A stretch of 64,000 nt of DNA from Centroscyllium fabricii (Eukaryota). Under the pieces are notes generated by a model. It saw only the letters and a list, made by a program, of their open reading frames with translations. It searched no databases and was not told where the DNA came from. The stretch is taken from contig JBNRSN020000089.1 of NCBI GenBank assembly GCA_051313645.2, positions 2,604,001-2,668,000 of the forward strand, written 5' to 3'. The position numbers and the translations under genes are program-made. The stretch's first letter is position 1. Each line of letters starts with the position of its first letter. Positions 8,690-24,700 of the stretch are shown piece after piece.

Positions 8690-11600
8690 AATATCCATCT
8701 GCGTACAATACATCAGACAATGTCCATCTGTGAACAATACATCAGACAATGTCCATCTGTGTACAATACATCAGACAATGTCCATCTGTGTACAGTACAT
8801 CAGACAATGTCCATCTGTGCACAGTACATCAGACAATGTCTTTCTGTGTACAGTACATCAGACAATGTCCATCTGTGTACAATATATCAGACAATGTCCA
8901 TCTGTGAACAATACATCAGACAATATCCATCTGTGAACAATACATCAGACAATATCCATCTGTGTACAATACATCAGACAATGTCCATCTGTACAATACA
9001 TCAGACAATATCCATCTGTGTACAATACATCAGACATTATCCATCTGTGTACAATACATAAGTCAATGTCCATCTGTGAACAATAAATCAGACAATATCC
9101 ATCTGTGATCAATATATCAGACAATGTCCATCTGTGTACAATACATCAGACAATATCCATCTGTGTACAATACATCAGACAATATCCATCTGTATACAGT
9201 ATATCAGACAATGACCATCTATTTACAATACATCAGACAATATCCATCTGTGTACAATACATCAGACAATGTCCATCTGTGAACAATACATCAGACAATG
9301 TCCATCTGTGTACAATACATCAGACAATGTCCATTTGTACAATACATCAGACAATGTCCATCTGTGTACAATACATCAGACATTGTCCATCTGTGTACAA
9401 TACATCAGACAATGTCCATCTGTGAACAATACATCAGATAATATCCATCTGTGAACAATACATCAGACAATGTCCATCTGTGTACAATACATCAGACAAT
9501 ATCCATCTGTGAACAATACATCAGACAATATCCATCTGTGTACAGTACATCAGAGAATGTCCATCTGTGTACAGTACATCCGACAATGTCCTTCTGTGTA
9601 CAGTATATCAGACAATGTCCATTTGTGTACAATACATCAGACTCTGTCCATCTGTGTACAATACATCAGAAAATGTCCATCTGAGAACAATACATCAGAC
9701 AATATCCATCTGTGTACAATACATCAGACAATGTCCATCTGTACAATAAATCAGACAATATCCATCTTTGTACAATACATCAGACATTATCCATCTGTGT
9801 ACAATACATCAGACCATGTCCATCTGTGAACAATGCATCAGACAATATCCATCTGTGAACAATACATCAGACAATGTCCATCTGTGTACAATACTTCAGA
9901 AAATATCCATCTGTGTACAATACGTCAGACAATATCCATGTGTGTACAGCACATCAGAAAATGACCATCTGTGTACAATACATCAGACAATATCCATCTG
10001 TGTACAATAGATCAGACAATGTCCAACTGAGAACAATACATAAGACATTATCAATCAGTGTACAATACATCAGACATTATCCATCTGTGTACAATACATC
10101 AGACAATATCCATCTGTGAATAATACATCAGAAAATGTCCATCTGTGTACAATACCTCAGACATTATCCATCTGTGAACAATACGTCAGACAATAACCAT
10201 CTGTGTACAATACATCAGACAATATCCATCTGTGTACAATACATCAGAAAATGTCCATCTGTGTACAATACATCAGACAATATCCATCTGTGTACAATAC
10301 ATCAGATATTATCCATCTGTGAACAATACATCAGACATTATCCATCTGTGTACAATATATCAGACATGGTCCATCTGTGAACAATACATCAGACATTATC
10401 CATCCTTGTACAAGATATCAGACAATATCCATCTGTGTACAATACATCAGACCATGTCCATCTGTGTACAATCCATCAGACAATATCCATCTGTGTACAA
10501 TACATCAGAGAATGTCCATCTGTGTACAATACATCAGAAAATGTTCATCTGTGAACAATACAGCAGACAATATCCATCTGTGAACAATATATCAGACAAT
10601 ATCCATCTGTGTACAATATATCAGAAAATGACCATCTGTACAATACATCAGACAATGTCCATCTGTGTACAATACATCAGACATTATCCATCTGTGTACA
10701 CTACATCAGACAATGTCCATCTGAGAAAAATAAATCAGACAATATCCATCTGTGAACAATATATCAGACAATGTCCATCTGTGTACAATACATCAGACAA
10801 TATCCATCTGTGTACAATACAGCAGACAATATCCATCTGTGTACAGTGTATCAGACAATGTCCATCTGTGAACAATACTTCAGACAATGTCCATCTGTGT
10901 ACAATACATCAGACAATGTCCATCTGTGTACAGTACATCAGACAATGTCCATCTGTGCACAGTACTTCAGACAATATCCTTCTGTATACAGTACATCAGA
11001 CAATGTCCATCTGTGTACAATACATCAGGCAATGTCCATCTGTGTAGAATACGTCAGAAAATGTCCATCTGTGGACAATAGATCAGACAATATCCATTTG
11101 TGTACAGTACATCAGACAATGTCCATCTGTGTACAATACATCAGAAAATGTCCATCTTTGAACAATACATAAGACATTATCATTTGTGTACAATACATCA
11201 GACATTATCCATCTGTGTACAATATATCAGAAAATGTACATCTGTGAACACTAAATAAGACATTATCCATCTGGGTACAATACATCAGACATTATCCATT
11301 TGTATACAATACTTCAGATATTATCCATCTGTGTACAATACATCAGACAATATCCGTCTGTGAACAATTCATCAGACAATGTCCATCTGTGTACAATACA
11401 TCAGACAATGTCCATCTGTGTACAATACATCAGACATTAACCATCTGTGTACAATACATCAGACAATGTCCATCTGTGAACAATAAATCAGACAATATCC
11501 ATCTGTGAACAATACATCAGACAATGTCCATCTGTGTACAATACATCAGACAACATCCATCTGTGTACAATACATCAGACAATATCCATCTGTGTATATT

Positions 11601-14600
11601 ATATCAGACAATGTCCATCTCTGTACAATACATCAGAAAATATCCATCTGTGTTCAATACATCAGACAATGTCCATCTGTGAACAATACATCAGAAAATG
11701 TGCATCTGTGTACAATACATCAGACAATGTCCATCTGTGTATAGTACATCAGAATATGTCCATCTGTGTACAGTACATCAGACAATGTCCTTCTCTGTAC
11801 AGTACATCAGACAATGTCCATCTGTTTACAATACATCAGACAATATCCATCTGTGTGCAATACATCAGACAATGTCCATCTGTGAACAATACATAAGACA
11901 TTATCAATCTGTGTACAATACTTCAGATATTATCCATCTGTGTAGAATACATCAGACAATATCCACCTGTGAATAATACATCAGAAAATGTCCATCTGTG
12001 TACAATACATCAGACATTATCCATCTGTGAATAATACATCAGACAATAACCATCTGTGTACAATACATCAGACAATATCCATCTGTGTACAATACATCAG
12101 AAAATGTCCATCTGTGTACAATACATCAGACAATATCCATCTGTGTACAATACATCAGACATTATCCATCTGTGAACAATACCTCATACATTATCCATCT
12201 GTGTACAATTCATCAGACATGGTCCATTTGTGAACAATACATCAGACATTATCCATCCTTGTACAACACATCAGACAATATCCATCTGTGTACAATACAT
12301 CAGACCATGTCCATCTGTGTACAATCAATCAGACAATATCCATCTGTGTACAATACATCAGAGAATGTCCATCTGTGTACAATACATCAGACAATTTCCA
12401 TCTGTGAACAATGCATCAGACAATATCCGTCTGTGAACAATATATCAGACAATATCCATCTGTGTACAATACATCAGAAAATGTCCATCTGTACAATATA
12501 TCAGACAATGTCCATCTGTGTACAATACATCAGACATTATCCATCTGTGTACACTGCATCAGACAATGTCCATCTGTGAACAATAAATCAGACAATATCC
12601 ATCTGTGAACAATACATCAGACAATGTCCATCTGTGTACAATACATCAGACAATATCCATCTGTGTACAATACATCAGAAAATATCCATCTGTGTACAGT
12701 ATATCAGACAATGTCCATCTGTGAACAATACTTCAGACAATGTCCATCTTTGTACAATACATCAGACAATGTCCATCTGTGTACAGTACATCAGACAATG
12801 TCCATCTGTGTACAGTACATCAGACAATGTCCTTCTGTATACAGTACATCAGACAATGTCCATCTGTGTACAATACATCAGACAATGTCCATCTGTGTAC
12901 AATACGTCAGAAAATGTCCATCTGTGAACAATACATCAGACAATATCCATCTGTGTACAGTACATCAGACAATGTCCATCTGTGTACAATATATCAGAAA
13001 ATGTCCATCTGTGAACAATACATAAGACATTATATATCTGTGTACAATACATCAGACATTATCAATCTGTGTACAATATATCAGAAAATGTACATCTGTT
13101 AAAACGACATAAGACATTATCCATGTGTGTAGAATACATCAGACGTTATCCATCTGTATACAATACATCAGATATTATCCATCTGTTTACAATACATCAG
13201 AAAATATCCGTCTGTGAACAATTCATCAGACAATGTCCATCTGTGTACCATACATCAGAAAATGTCCATCTGTGTACAATACATAACACAATGTCCATCT
13301 TGTGTACAATACATCAGACAATGTCCATCTGTGTACAATACATCAGACAATGTCCATCTGTGAACAATATATCAGACAATATCCATCTGTGAACAATACA
13401 TCAGACGATATCCATCTGTGTACAATACATCAGACAATGTCCATCTGTACAAAATATCAGACAATGTCCGTCTGTGTACAATACATCAGACATTAACCAT
13501 CTGTGTACAATACATCAGACAATGTCCATCTGTGAACAATAAACCAGACAATATCCATCAGTGAACAATACATCAGACAGTGTCCATCTGTGTACAATAC
13601 ATCAGACAATGTCCATCTGTACAATACATCAGACAATGTCCATCTGTGTACAATATATCAGACATTATCCATCTGTGTACACTACATCAGACAATGTCCA
13701 TCTGTGAACAATAAATCAGACAATATCCATATGTGAACAATACATCAGACAATGTCCATCTGTGTACAATACATCAGACAATATCCATCTGTGTACAATA
13801 CATCAGACAATGTCCATCTGTACAAAATATCTGACAATGTCCATCTGTGTACAATACATCAGACATTAACCATCTGTGTACAATACATCAGACAATGTCC
13901 ATCTGTGAACAATAAACCAGACAATATCCATCAGTGAACAATACATCAGACAGTGTCCATCTGTGTACAATACATCAGACAATGTCCATCTGTACAATAC
14001 GTCAGACAATGTCCATCTGTGTACAATATATCAGACATTATCCATCTGTGTACACTACATCAGACAATGTCCATCTGTGAACAATAAATCAGACAATATC
14101 CATATGTGAACAATACATCAGACAATGTCCATCTGTGTACAATACATCAGACAATATCCATCTGTGTACAATACATCAGACAATATCCATCTGTGTACAG
14201 TGTATCAGACAATGTCCATCTGTGAACAATACTTCAGACAATGTCCATCTGTTTACAATACATCAGACAATGTCCATCTGTGTACAGTACATCAGACAAT
14301 GTCCATCTGTGTACAGTACCTCAGACAATATCCTTCTGTATACAGTACATCAGACAATGCCCATCTGTGTACAATACATCAGACAATGTCCATCTGCGTA
14401 GAATACGTCAGAAAATGTCCATCTGTGAACAATACATCAGACATTATCCATCTGTGTACAATATATCAGAAAAAGTAGTTCTGTGAATACTACATAAGAC
14501 ATTATCCATCTGTGCACAATACCATCAGACATTATCCATCTGTATACAATACCATCAGATATTATCCATCTGTGTACAATACATCAGACAATATCCGTTT

Positions 14601-17193
14601 GTGAACAATTCATCAGACAATGTCCATCTGTGTACAATACATCAGACAATGTCCATCTGTGTACAATATATAACACAATGTCCATCTTGTGTACAATACA
14701 TCAGACAATGTCCATCTGTGTACAATACATCAGACAATGTCCATCTGTGAACAATATATCAGACAATATCCATCTGTGAACAATACATCAGAAGATATCC
14801 ATCTGTGTACAATACATCAGACAATGTCCATCTGTACAATACATCAGACAATGTCCATCTGTGTACAATACATCAGACATTAACCATCTGTGTACAATAC
14901 ATCAGACAATGTCCATCTGTGAACAATAAATCAGACAATATCCATTTTTGAACAATACATCAGACAATGTCCATCTGTGTACAATACATCAGACAACATC
15001 CATCTGTGTACAATACATCAGACTATCCATCTGTGTATATTATATCAGACAATGTCCATCTCTGTACAATACATCAGACAATATCCATCTGTGTACAATA
15101 CATCAGACAATGTCCATCTGTGAACAATTCATCAGAAAATGTCCATCTTTGTACAATACATCAGACATTATCCATCTGTGAATAATATATCAGACAATAA
15201 CCATCTGTTTACATTACATCAGACAATATCCATCTGTGTACAATATATCAGAAAATGTCCATCTGTGTACAATACATCAGACAATATCCATCTGTGTACA
15301 ATACATCAGACATTATCCATCTGTGAACAATACATCAGACATTATCCATCTGTGTACAATACATCAGACATGGTCCATCTGTGAACAATACATCAGACAT
15401 TATCCATCCTTGTACAACACATCAGACAATATCCATCTGTGTACAATACATCAGACCATGTCCTTCTGTGTACAATCCATCAGATAATAACCATCTGTGT
15501 ACAATACATCAGAGAATGTCCATCTGTGTACAATACATCAGACAATGTCCATCTGTGAACAATACATCAGACAATATCCATCTGTGAACAATAAATCAGA
15601 TATTATCCATCTGTGAACAATACATCAGACAATGTCCATCTGTGTACAATTCATCAGGCAATATCCATCTGTGTACAATACATCAGACAATATCCATCTG
15701 TGTACAGTATATCAGACAATGTCGAACTGCGAACAATATTTCAGACAATATCCAGCTGTGTACAATACATCAGACAAAGTCCATCTGTGTACAGTACATC
15801 AGACAATGTCCATCTGTGTACAGTACATCAGACAATGTCCTTCTGTATACAATACATCAGACAATGTCCATCTGTGTACAATACATCAGACAATGTCCAT
15901 CTGTGTACAATACGTCAGAAAATGTCCATCTGTGAACAATACCTCAGACAATCTCCATCTGTGTACAGTACATCAAACAATGTCCATCTGTGTACAATAC
16001 ATCAGAAAATGTCCATCTGTAAACAATACATATGACATTATACATCTGTGTACAATACATCAGACATTATCCATCTGTGTACAATATATCTGAAAATGTA
16101 CATCTGTGAAAACGACATAAGACATTATCCATCTGTGTACAATACATCAGACATTATCCATCTGTATACAATACATCAGATATTATCCATCTGTGTACAA
16201 TACATCAGACAATATCCGTCTGTGAACAGTTCATCAGACAATGTCCATCTGTGTACAATACCTCAGACAATGTCCATCTGTGTACAATACATAACACAAT
16301 GTCCATCTTGTGTACAATACATCAGACAATGTCCATCTGTGTACAATACATCAGACAATGTCCATCTGTGAACAATATATCAGACAATATCCATCAGTGA
16401 ACAATACATCAGACGATATCAATCTGTGTACAATACATCAGACAATGTCCATCTGTACAAAACATCAGACAATGTCCATCTGTCTACAATACATCAGACA
16501 TTAACCATCTGTGTACATTACATCAGACAATGTCCATCTGTGAACAATAAATCAGACAAAATCCATCTGTGAACAATACATCAGACAATGTCCATCTGTG
16601 TACAATACATCAGACAATGTCCATCTGTACAATACATCAGACAATGTCCATCTGTGTACAATACATCAGACATTATCCATCTGTGAACACTACATCAGAC
16701 AATGTCCATCTGTGAACAATAAATCAGACAATATCCATCTGTGAACAATACATCAGACAATGTCCATCTGTGTACAATACATCAGACAATATCCATCTGT
16801 TTACAATACATCAGACAATATCCATCTGTGTACAGTGTATCAGACAATGTCCATCTGTGAACAATACTTCAGACAATGTCCATTTGTGTACAATACATCA
16901 GACAATGTCCATCTGTGTACAGTACATCAGACAATGTCCATCTGTGTACAGTACATCAGACAATATCCTTCTTTATACAGTACATCAGACAATGCCCATC
17001 TGTGTACAAAACATCTGACAATGTCCATCTGTGTAGAATACGTCAGAAAATGTACATCTGTGAACAATACATCAGACAATATCCATCTGTGTACAGTACA
17101 TCAGACAATGTCCATCTGTGTACTATACATCAGAAAATGTCCACCTGTGAACAATACATAAGACATTATACATCTGTGTACAATACATCAAAC
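8690..17193. repeat. 29-bp satellite, segment 2
   Basis: Uninterrupted tandem monomers with periodic 27-bp variants (CATCTGTACAAT). Confidence 0.98.
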
Positions 17194-17204
17194 ATGTATT
17201 GTAC

Positions 17205-18623
17205 GGGATATATCCAAGGATTCTCTGGGAGGTGAGGAAGGAAATTGCAGAGCCACTGACCTCTATCTTTAGATCATCGCTATCCTCGGGGATAGTCCCT
17301 GAGGACTGGAGAGAGGCGAATGTGGCTCCCATATTTAAAAAGGGGAAAAGGGATGTGCCAGGGAACTACAGACTAATCAGCCTCACCTCAGTGGTTGTAA
17401 AGATGATGGAAAGGGTCCTGAGGGACAAGATCTACGAACATCTAGAAAGGGGCAAATTAACCAGAAGCAGTCAGCACGGTTTTGTTAAGGGTAAATCGTG
17501 TCTGACCAACCTGATAGAATTCTTTGAAGAGGTGACCAGGAGTGTGGACGAGGGAAAGGCGGTTGATGTCATATATATGGACTTCAGCAAGGCGTTCGAC
17601 AAGGTCCCGCACGGTCGGCTCATGAAGAAAGTAAGGAGTTGCGGGGTAAGCAGCTAAGTGGTGGGATGGATGGAGAACTGGCTGGCTCAGAGGAAGCAGA
17701 GGGTAGTGGTAGAAGGCCAATACTCGAGCTGGAGACCGGTCACCAGCGGGGTACCACAGGGGTCGGGGTTGGGGCCACTACTGTTTGTAATCTACATCAA
17801 TGACTTGGAGGAGGGGGCTGAGGGGTGGGTCAGCAAATTTGCAGATGACACAAAGATTGGGGGAGTAGTGGATGAGGAGGAAGGGAGTAGAACGATTCAG
17901 AGGGATATAGACAGGATGCAGAGCTGGGCTGAAGAATGGCAAATGGAGTTCAACACGGGGAAATGCGAGGTGATGCACTTCGGCAGGGCAAATAGGAAGA
18001 GGGAATACAGGGTCAACGGCAGGATCCTGAGTGAAGCAGAGGAGCAAAGGGATCTGGGAGTATATGTACACAGATCACTGAAGGCTGCCACCCAGGTGGA
18101 CAAAGCAGTAAAAAAGGCCTATGGTGTATTGGCCTTCATCAACAGGGGAATAGAGTTTAAGAATCGGGAGGTCATGCTGCAGTTGTACAGGTCACTGGTG
18201 AGACCACACGTGGAGTACTGTGTGCAGTTCTGGGCACCGTACTACAGGAGGGATGTGGAGGCACTGGAAAGAGTGCAGAGGAGATTCACCAGGATGCTGC
18301 CGGGAATGGGGGGAAAGTCATATGAGGAATGGTTAAGGGAACTGGGACTCTTCTCCCTGGAACGAAGAAGGAGGAGGGGGGACCTGATAGAGATGTATAA
18401 AATGATGAAGGGGATCGACAGAGTAAATGTGCAAAGACTGTTTCCCCGGGCGGGAAGAACGACAACAAGAGGACACGAGCACAAGATTCAAGGAGGAAGA
18501 TTCAGACGGGATGGCAGGGGCAAGTTCTTCACACAAAGAGTGGTCGGGGAATGGAATAGGCTACCATCTGAAATAGTGGATGCGGACAGTCTGGGTGCTT
18601 TTAAAAGGATGATAGACAGGTAA
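17205..18623 (+). pseudogene. CR1 ORF2 RT fragment with one in-frame stop
   Basis: GIYPRIL, NYRLISLTS, DFSKAFD, GVPQGS, FADD, RPHVEY. TAA at 17655..17657, with both halves in the same frame. Confidence 0.95.
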
Positions 18624-18738
18624 ATGGAAGGGAAGGAACAGTAGGGGGGACAGGAAAAATCAGAGACGGAATAAGGGTGGCACTACATTGAGGGCCCAAG
18701 TGCCTGTACAGTGCTGTATCTTCTATGTTCTATGTTCT
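17205..18738 (+). mobile_element. 5'-truncated CR1 LINE (copy 2, distinct subfamily)
   Basis: RT and C-terminal region, a different 3' UTR and a 7-bp (TTCTATG)n tail at 18721..18740. Confidence 0.95.
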
Positions 18739-21700
18739 ATTATCCATCTGTGTACAATATTTCAGAAAATGTAGTTCTGTGAACACTACATAAGACATTA
18801 TCCATCTGTGTACAGTACATCAGACATTATCCATCTGTATAAAATAGCATCAGATATTATCCATCTGTGTACAATACATCAGACAATATTAGTCTGTGAA
18901 CAATTCATCAGACAATGTCCATCTGTGTACAATACATCAGACAATGTCCATCTGTGTACAATACATAACACAATGTCCATCTTGTGTACAATACATCAGA
19001 CAATGTCCATCTGTGTACAATACATCAGACAATGTCCATATGTGAACAAAATATCAGACAATATCCATCTGTGAACAATACATCAGAAGATATCCATCTG
19101 TGTACAATACATCAGACAATGTCCATCTGTACAATACATTAGACAATATCCATCTGTGTACAATACATCAGACATTAACCATCTGTGTACAATACATCAG
19201 ACAATGTCCATCTGTGAACAATAAATCAGACAATATCCATCTGTGAACAATACATCAGACAATGTCCATCTGTGTACAATACATCAGACAACATCCATCT
19301 GTGTACAATACATCAGACAATATCCATATGTGTATATTATATCAGACAATGTCCATCTCTGTACAATACATCAGACAATATCCATCTGTGTACAATACAT
19401 CAGACAATGTCCATCTGTGAACAATACATCAGACAATGTCCATCTTTGTACAATACATCAGACAATGTCCATCTGTGTACAGTACATCTGACAATGTCCA
19501 TCTGCGTACAGTACATCAGACAATGTCCTTCTGTGTACAGTACATCAGACAATGTCCATCTGTGTACAATACATCAGACAATATCCATCTCTGTACAATA
19601 CATCAGACAATATCCATCTGTGAATAATACATCAGAAAATGTCCATCTGTGTACAATACATCAGACATTATCCATCTGTGAATAATACATCAGACAATAA
19701 CCATCTGTGTACAATACATCAGACAATATCCATCTGTGCACAATACATCAGAAAATGTCCATCTGTATACAATACATCAGACAATATCCATATGTGTACA
19801 ATACATCAGACATTATCCATCTTTGAACAATACATCAGACATTATCCATCTGTGTACAATACATCAGACATGGTCCATCTGTGAACAATACATCAGACAT
19901 TATCCATCCTTGTACAACACATCAGACAATATCCATCTGTGTACAATACATCAGACCATGTCCATCTGTGTACAATCCATCAGACAATAACCATCTGTGT
20001 ACAATACATCAGAGAATGTCCATCTGTGTACAATACATCAGACAATGTCCATCTGTGAACAATACATCAGACAATATCCATCTGTGAACAATATATCAGA
20101 CAATATCCATCTGTTTACAATACATCAGACAATGTCCATCTGTACAATACATCAGACAATGTCCATCTGTGTACAATACATCAGACATTATCCATCTGGG
20201 TACAGTGCATCAGACAATGTCCATCTGTGAACAATAAATCAGACAATATCCATCTGTGAACAATACATCAGACAATGTCCATCTGTGTACAATACATCAG
20301 ACAATATCCATCTGTGTACAATACATCAGACAATATCCATCTGTGTACAGTATATCAGACAATGTCCATCTGTGAACAATACTTCAGACAATGTCCACCT
20401 GTGTACAATACATCAGACAATGTCCATCTGTGTACAGTACATCAGACAATGTCCATCTGTATACAGTACATCAGACAATGTCCTTCTGTATACAATACAT
20501 CAGACAATGTCTGTCTGTGTACAATACGTCAGACAATGTCCATCTGTGTACAATACGTCAGAAAATGTCCATCTCTGAACAATACATCAGACAATATCCA
20601 TCTGTGTACAGTACATCAGACAATGTCCATCTGTGTACAATACATCAGAAAATTTCCATCTGTGAACAATACATAAGACATTATACATCTGTGTACAATA
20701 CATCAGACATTATCCATCTGTGTACAATATACCAGAAAATGTACATCTGTGAACACGACATAAGACATTATCCATCTGTGTGCAATACATCAGACATTAT
20801 CCATCTGTATACAATACATCAGATATTATCCATCTGTGTACAATACATCAGACAATATCCTTCTGTGAACAATTCTTCAGACAATGTCCATCTGTGTACA
20901 ATACATCAGACAATGTCCATCTGTGTACAATACATAACACAACGTCCATCTTTTGTACAATAAATCAGACAATGTCCATCTGTGTACAATACATCAGACA
21001 ATGTCCATCTGTGAACAATATATCAGACAATATCCATCTGTGAACAATACATCGGACGATATCCATCTGTGTACAATACATCAGACAATGTCCATCTGTA
21101 CAATACATCAGGCAATGTCCATCTGTGTACAATACATCAGACATTAACCATCTGTGTACAATACATCAGACAATGTCCATCTGTGAACAATAAATCAGAC
21201 AATATCCATCTGTGAACAATACACCAGACAATGTCCATCTGTGTACAATATATCAGACAATATCCATCTGTGTACAATACATCAGACAATATCCATCTGT
21301 GTACATTATATCAGACAATATCCATCTCTGTACAATACATCAGACAATATCCATCTGTGTACAATACATCAGACAATGTCCATCTGTGAACAATACATCA
21401 GACAATGTCCATCTGTGTACAATACATCAGACAATGTCCATCTGTGTACAGTACATCAGACAATGTCCATCTGTGTACAGTACATCAGACAATGCCCTTC
21501 TGTGTACAGTACATCAGACAATGTCCATCTGTGTACAATACATCAGACACTGTCGATCTGTGTACAATACATCAGAAAATGTCCATCTGTGAACAATACA
21601 TCAGACAATATCTATCTGTGTACAATACATCAGAGAATGTCCATCTGTACAATACATCAGACAATGTCCATCTGTGTACAATACATCAGACATTATCCAT

Positions 21701-24700
21701 CTGTGTACAATACATCAGACAATGTCCCTCTGACAACAATACATCAGACAATACCAATCCGTGAACAATACATCAGACAATGTCCATCTGTGTACAATAC
21801 ATCAGACAATATCCATCTGTGTACAATACATCAGACAATATCCATCTTTGTACAGTACATCAGACAATGTCCATCTGTGTACAATACATCAGACAATATC
21901 CATCTGTGTACAATACATCAGACAATGCCCATCAGTGAAGAAAACATCAGACAATGTCCATCTGAGTACAATACATCAGATAATGTCCATCTGTGTTCAG
22001 TACATCAGACAATGTCCATCTGTGTACAGTACATCAGACAATGTCCATCTTTGAACAGTACATCAGACAATGTCCATCTGTGTACAATACATCAGACACT
22101 GTCCATCTGTGTACAATACATCAGAAAATGTCGACCTGTGAAAAGTACATAGTAAAATATCCATCTGTATACAGTACTTCAGACAATGTGCACCAGTGCA
22201 CAATACATCAGAAAATGTCCATCTGTGAACAACACAGAATACATTATCCATCTGTGTACAATACATCAGACATTATCCACCTGTGAACAATACATCAGAC
22301 AATATCCATCTGTGTACAATATATCAGACAAATGTCCATCTGTGTACAATACATCAGACAATGTCCATCTGTGTAAAATACATCAGACAATATCCATCTG
22401 TGAACAACATATCAGAAAATGTCCATCTGTGCACAGTACATAAGAGAATATCAATCTGTGTACAATACATCAGACATTATCTATCTGTGTACAATACATC
22501 AGACAATATCCATCTATGAATAATACATCAGAAAATGTCAATCTGTGTACAATACATCAGACATTATCCATCTGTTAACAACACATCAGACAATAACCAT
22601 CTGTGTACAATACATCAGACAATATACATCTGTTTACAATATATCAGAAAATGTCCAACTGTGTACAATACATCTGACAATATCCATCTGTGTGCAATAC
22701 ATCAGACAATGTCCATCTGTGAACAATACTTCAGACAATGTCCATCTGTGTACAATACATCAGACAATGTCCATCTGTGTACAGTACATCAGACAATGTC
22801 CATCTGTGCACAGTATATCAGACAATGACTTTCTGAGTAGAGTACATCAGACAATGTCCATCTGTGTACAATACATCAGACACTGTCCATCTGTGTACAA
22901 TACATCAGAAAATGTCCATCTGTAAACAATACATCAGACAATATCCATTTGTGTACAATACATCAGACAATGTCCATCTGTACAATACATCAGACAATGT
23001 CCATCTGTGTACAATACATCAGACATTATCCATCTGTGTACAATACATCAGACAATGTCCATCTGTGAACAATACATTAGATAATATCCATCTGTGAACA
23101 ATACATCAGACAATGTCCATCTGTGAACAATACATCAGACAATATCCATCTGTGTACAATACATCTGACAATATCCATCTGTGTACAGTACATCAGACAA
23201 TGTCCATCTTTGTACAGTACATCAGACAATGTCCTTCTGTGTACAGTATATCAGACAATGTCCATCTGTGTACAATACATCAGACTCTGTCCATCTGTGT
23301 ACAATACATCAGAAAATGTCCATCTGTGAACAATACATCAGACAATATCCATCTGTGTACAATACATCAGACAATGTCCATCTGTGCAATACATCAGACA
23401 ATGACCATTTGTGTACAATACATCAGACATTATCCATCTGTGTACAATACATCAGAGGATGTCCATCTGTGAACAATACATCAGACAATATCCATCTGTG
23501 AACAATACATCAGACAATGTCGATCTGTGTACAATACATCAGAAAATATCCATCTGTGTACAATTCATCAGACAATATCCATGTGTGTACAGTACATCAG
23601 ACAATGTCCATCTGTGTACAATACATCAGACAATATCCATCTGTGTACAATACATCAGACAATGTCCATCTGTGAACAATATATAAGAAATTATCAATCT
23701 GTGTACAATACATCAGACATTATCCATCTGTGTACAATACATCAGAGAATATCCATCTGTGAATAATACATCAGAAAATGTCCATCTGTGTACAATACAT
23801 CAGACATTATCCATCTGTGAACAATAGATCAGACAATAACCATCTGTGTACAATACATCAGACAATATCCATCTGTGTACAATACATCAGAAAATGTCCA
23901 TTTGTGTACAATACATCAGACAATATCCATCTGTGTACAATACATCAGACATTATCCATCTGTGTACAATACATCAGAGAATATACATCTGTGAATAATA
24001 CATCAGAAAATGACCATCTGTGTACAATACATCAGACATTATCCATCTGTGAACAATAGATCAGACAATAACCATCTGTGTACAATACATCAGACAATAT
24101 CCATCTGTGTACAATACATCAGAAAATGTCCATTTGTGTACAATACATCAGACAATATCCATCTGTGTACAATATATCAGACATTATCCATCTGTGAACA
24201 ATACTTCAGACTTTATCCATCTGTGTACAATACATCAGACATGGTCCATCTGTGAACAATACATCAGACATTATCCATCCTTGTACAACACATCAGATAA
24301 TATCCATCTGTGTACAATACATCAGACCATGTCCATCTGTGTACAATCCATCAGACAATATCCATCTGTTTACAATACATCAGAGAATGTCCATCTGTGT
24401 ACAATACATCAGACAATGTCCACCTGTGAACAATACAACAGACAATATCCATCTGTGATCAATATATCAGACAATATCCATCTGTGTACAATACATCAGA
24501 CAATGTCCATCTGTACAATACATCAGACAATGTCCATCTGTGTACAATATATCAGACATTATCCATCTGTGTACACTACATCAGACAATGTCCATCTGTG
24601 AAGAATAAATCAGACAATATCCGTCTGTGAACAATACATCAAACAAAGTCATTTGTGTACAATACATCAGACAATATCCATCTGTGAACAATACATCGGA

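Noticed and set aside
3042-8712. 23-bp target-site duplication for CR1 copy 1
   Set aside because: The two flanks differ at 2 positions and any two monomers match this well. A 6-bp or larger target deletion explains the junction equally, so it cannot be resolved in a tandem array.
8690-17193. Hammerhead ribozyme in the satellite (minus strand has CTGATG in each monomer)
   Set aside because: The consensus gives CTGATGT, not CTGATGA, and lacks the GAAA core and stem II.
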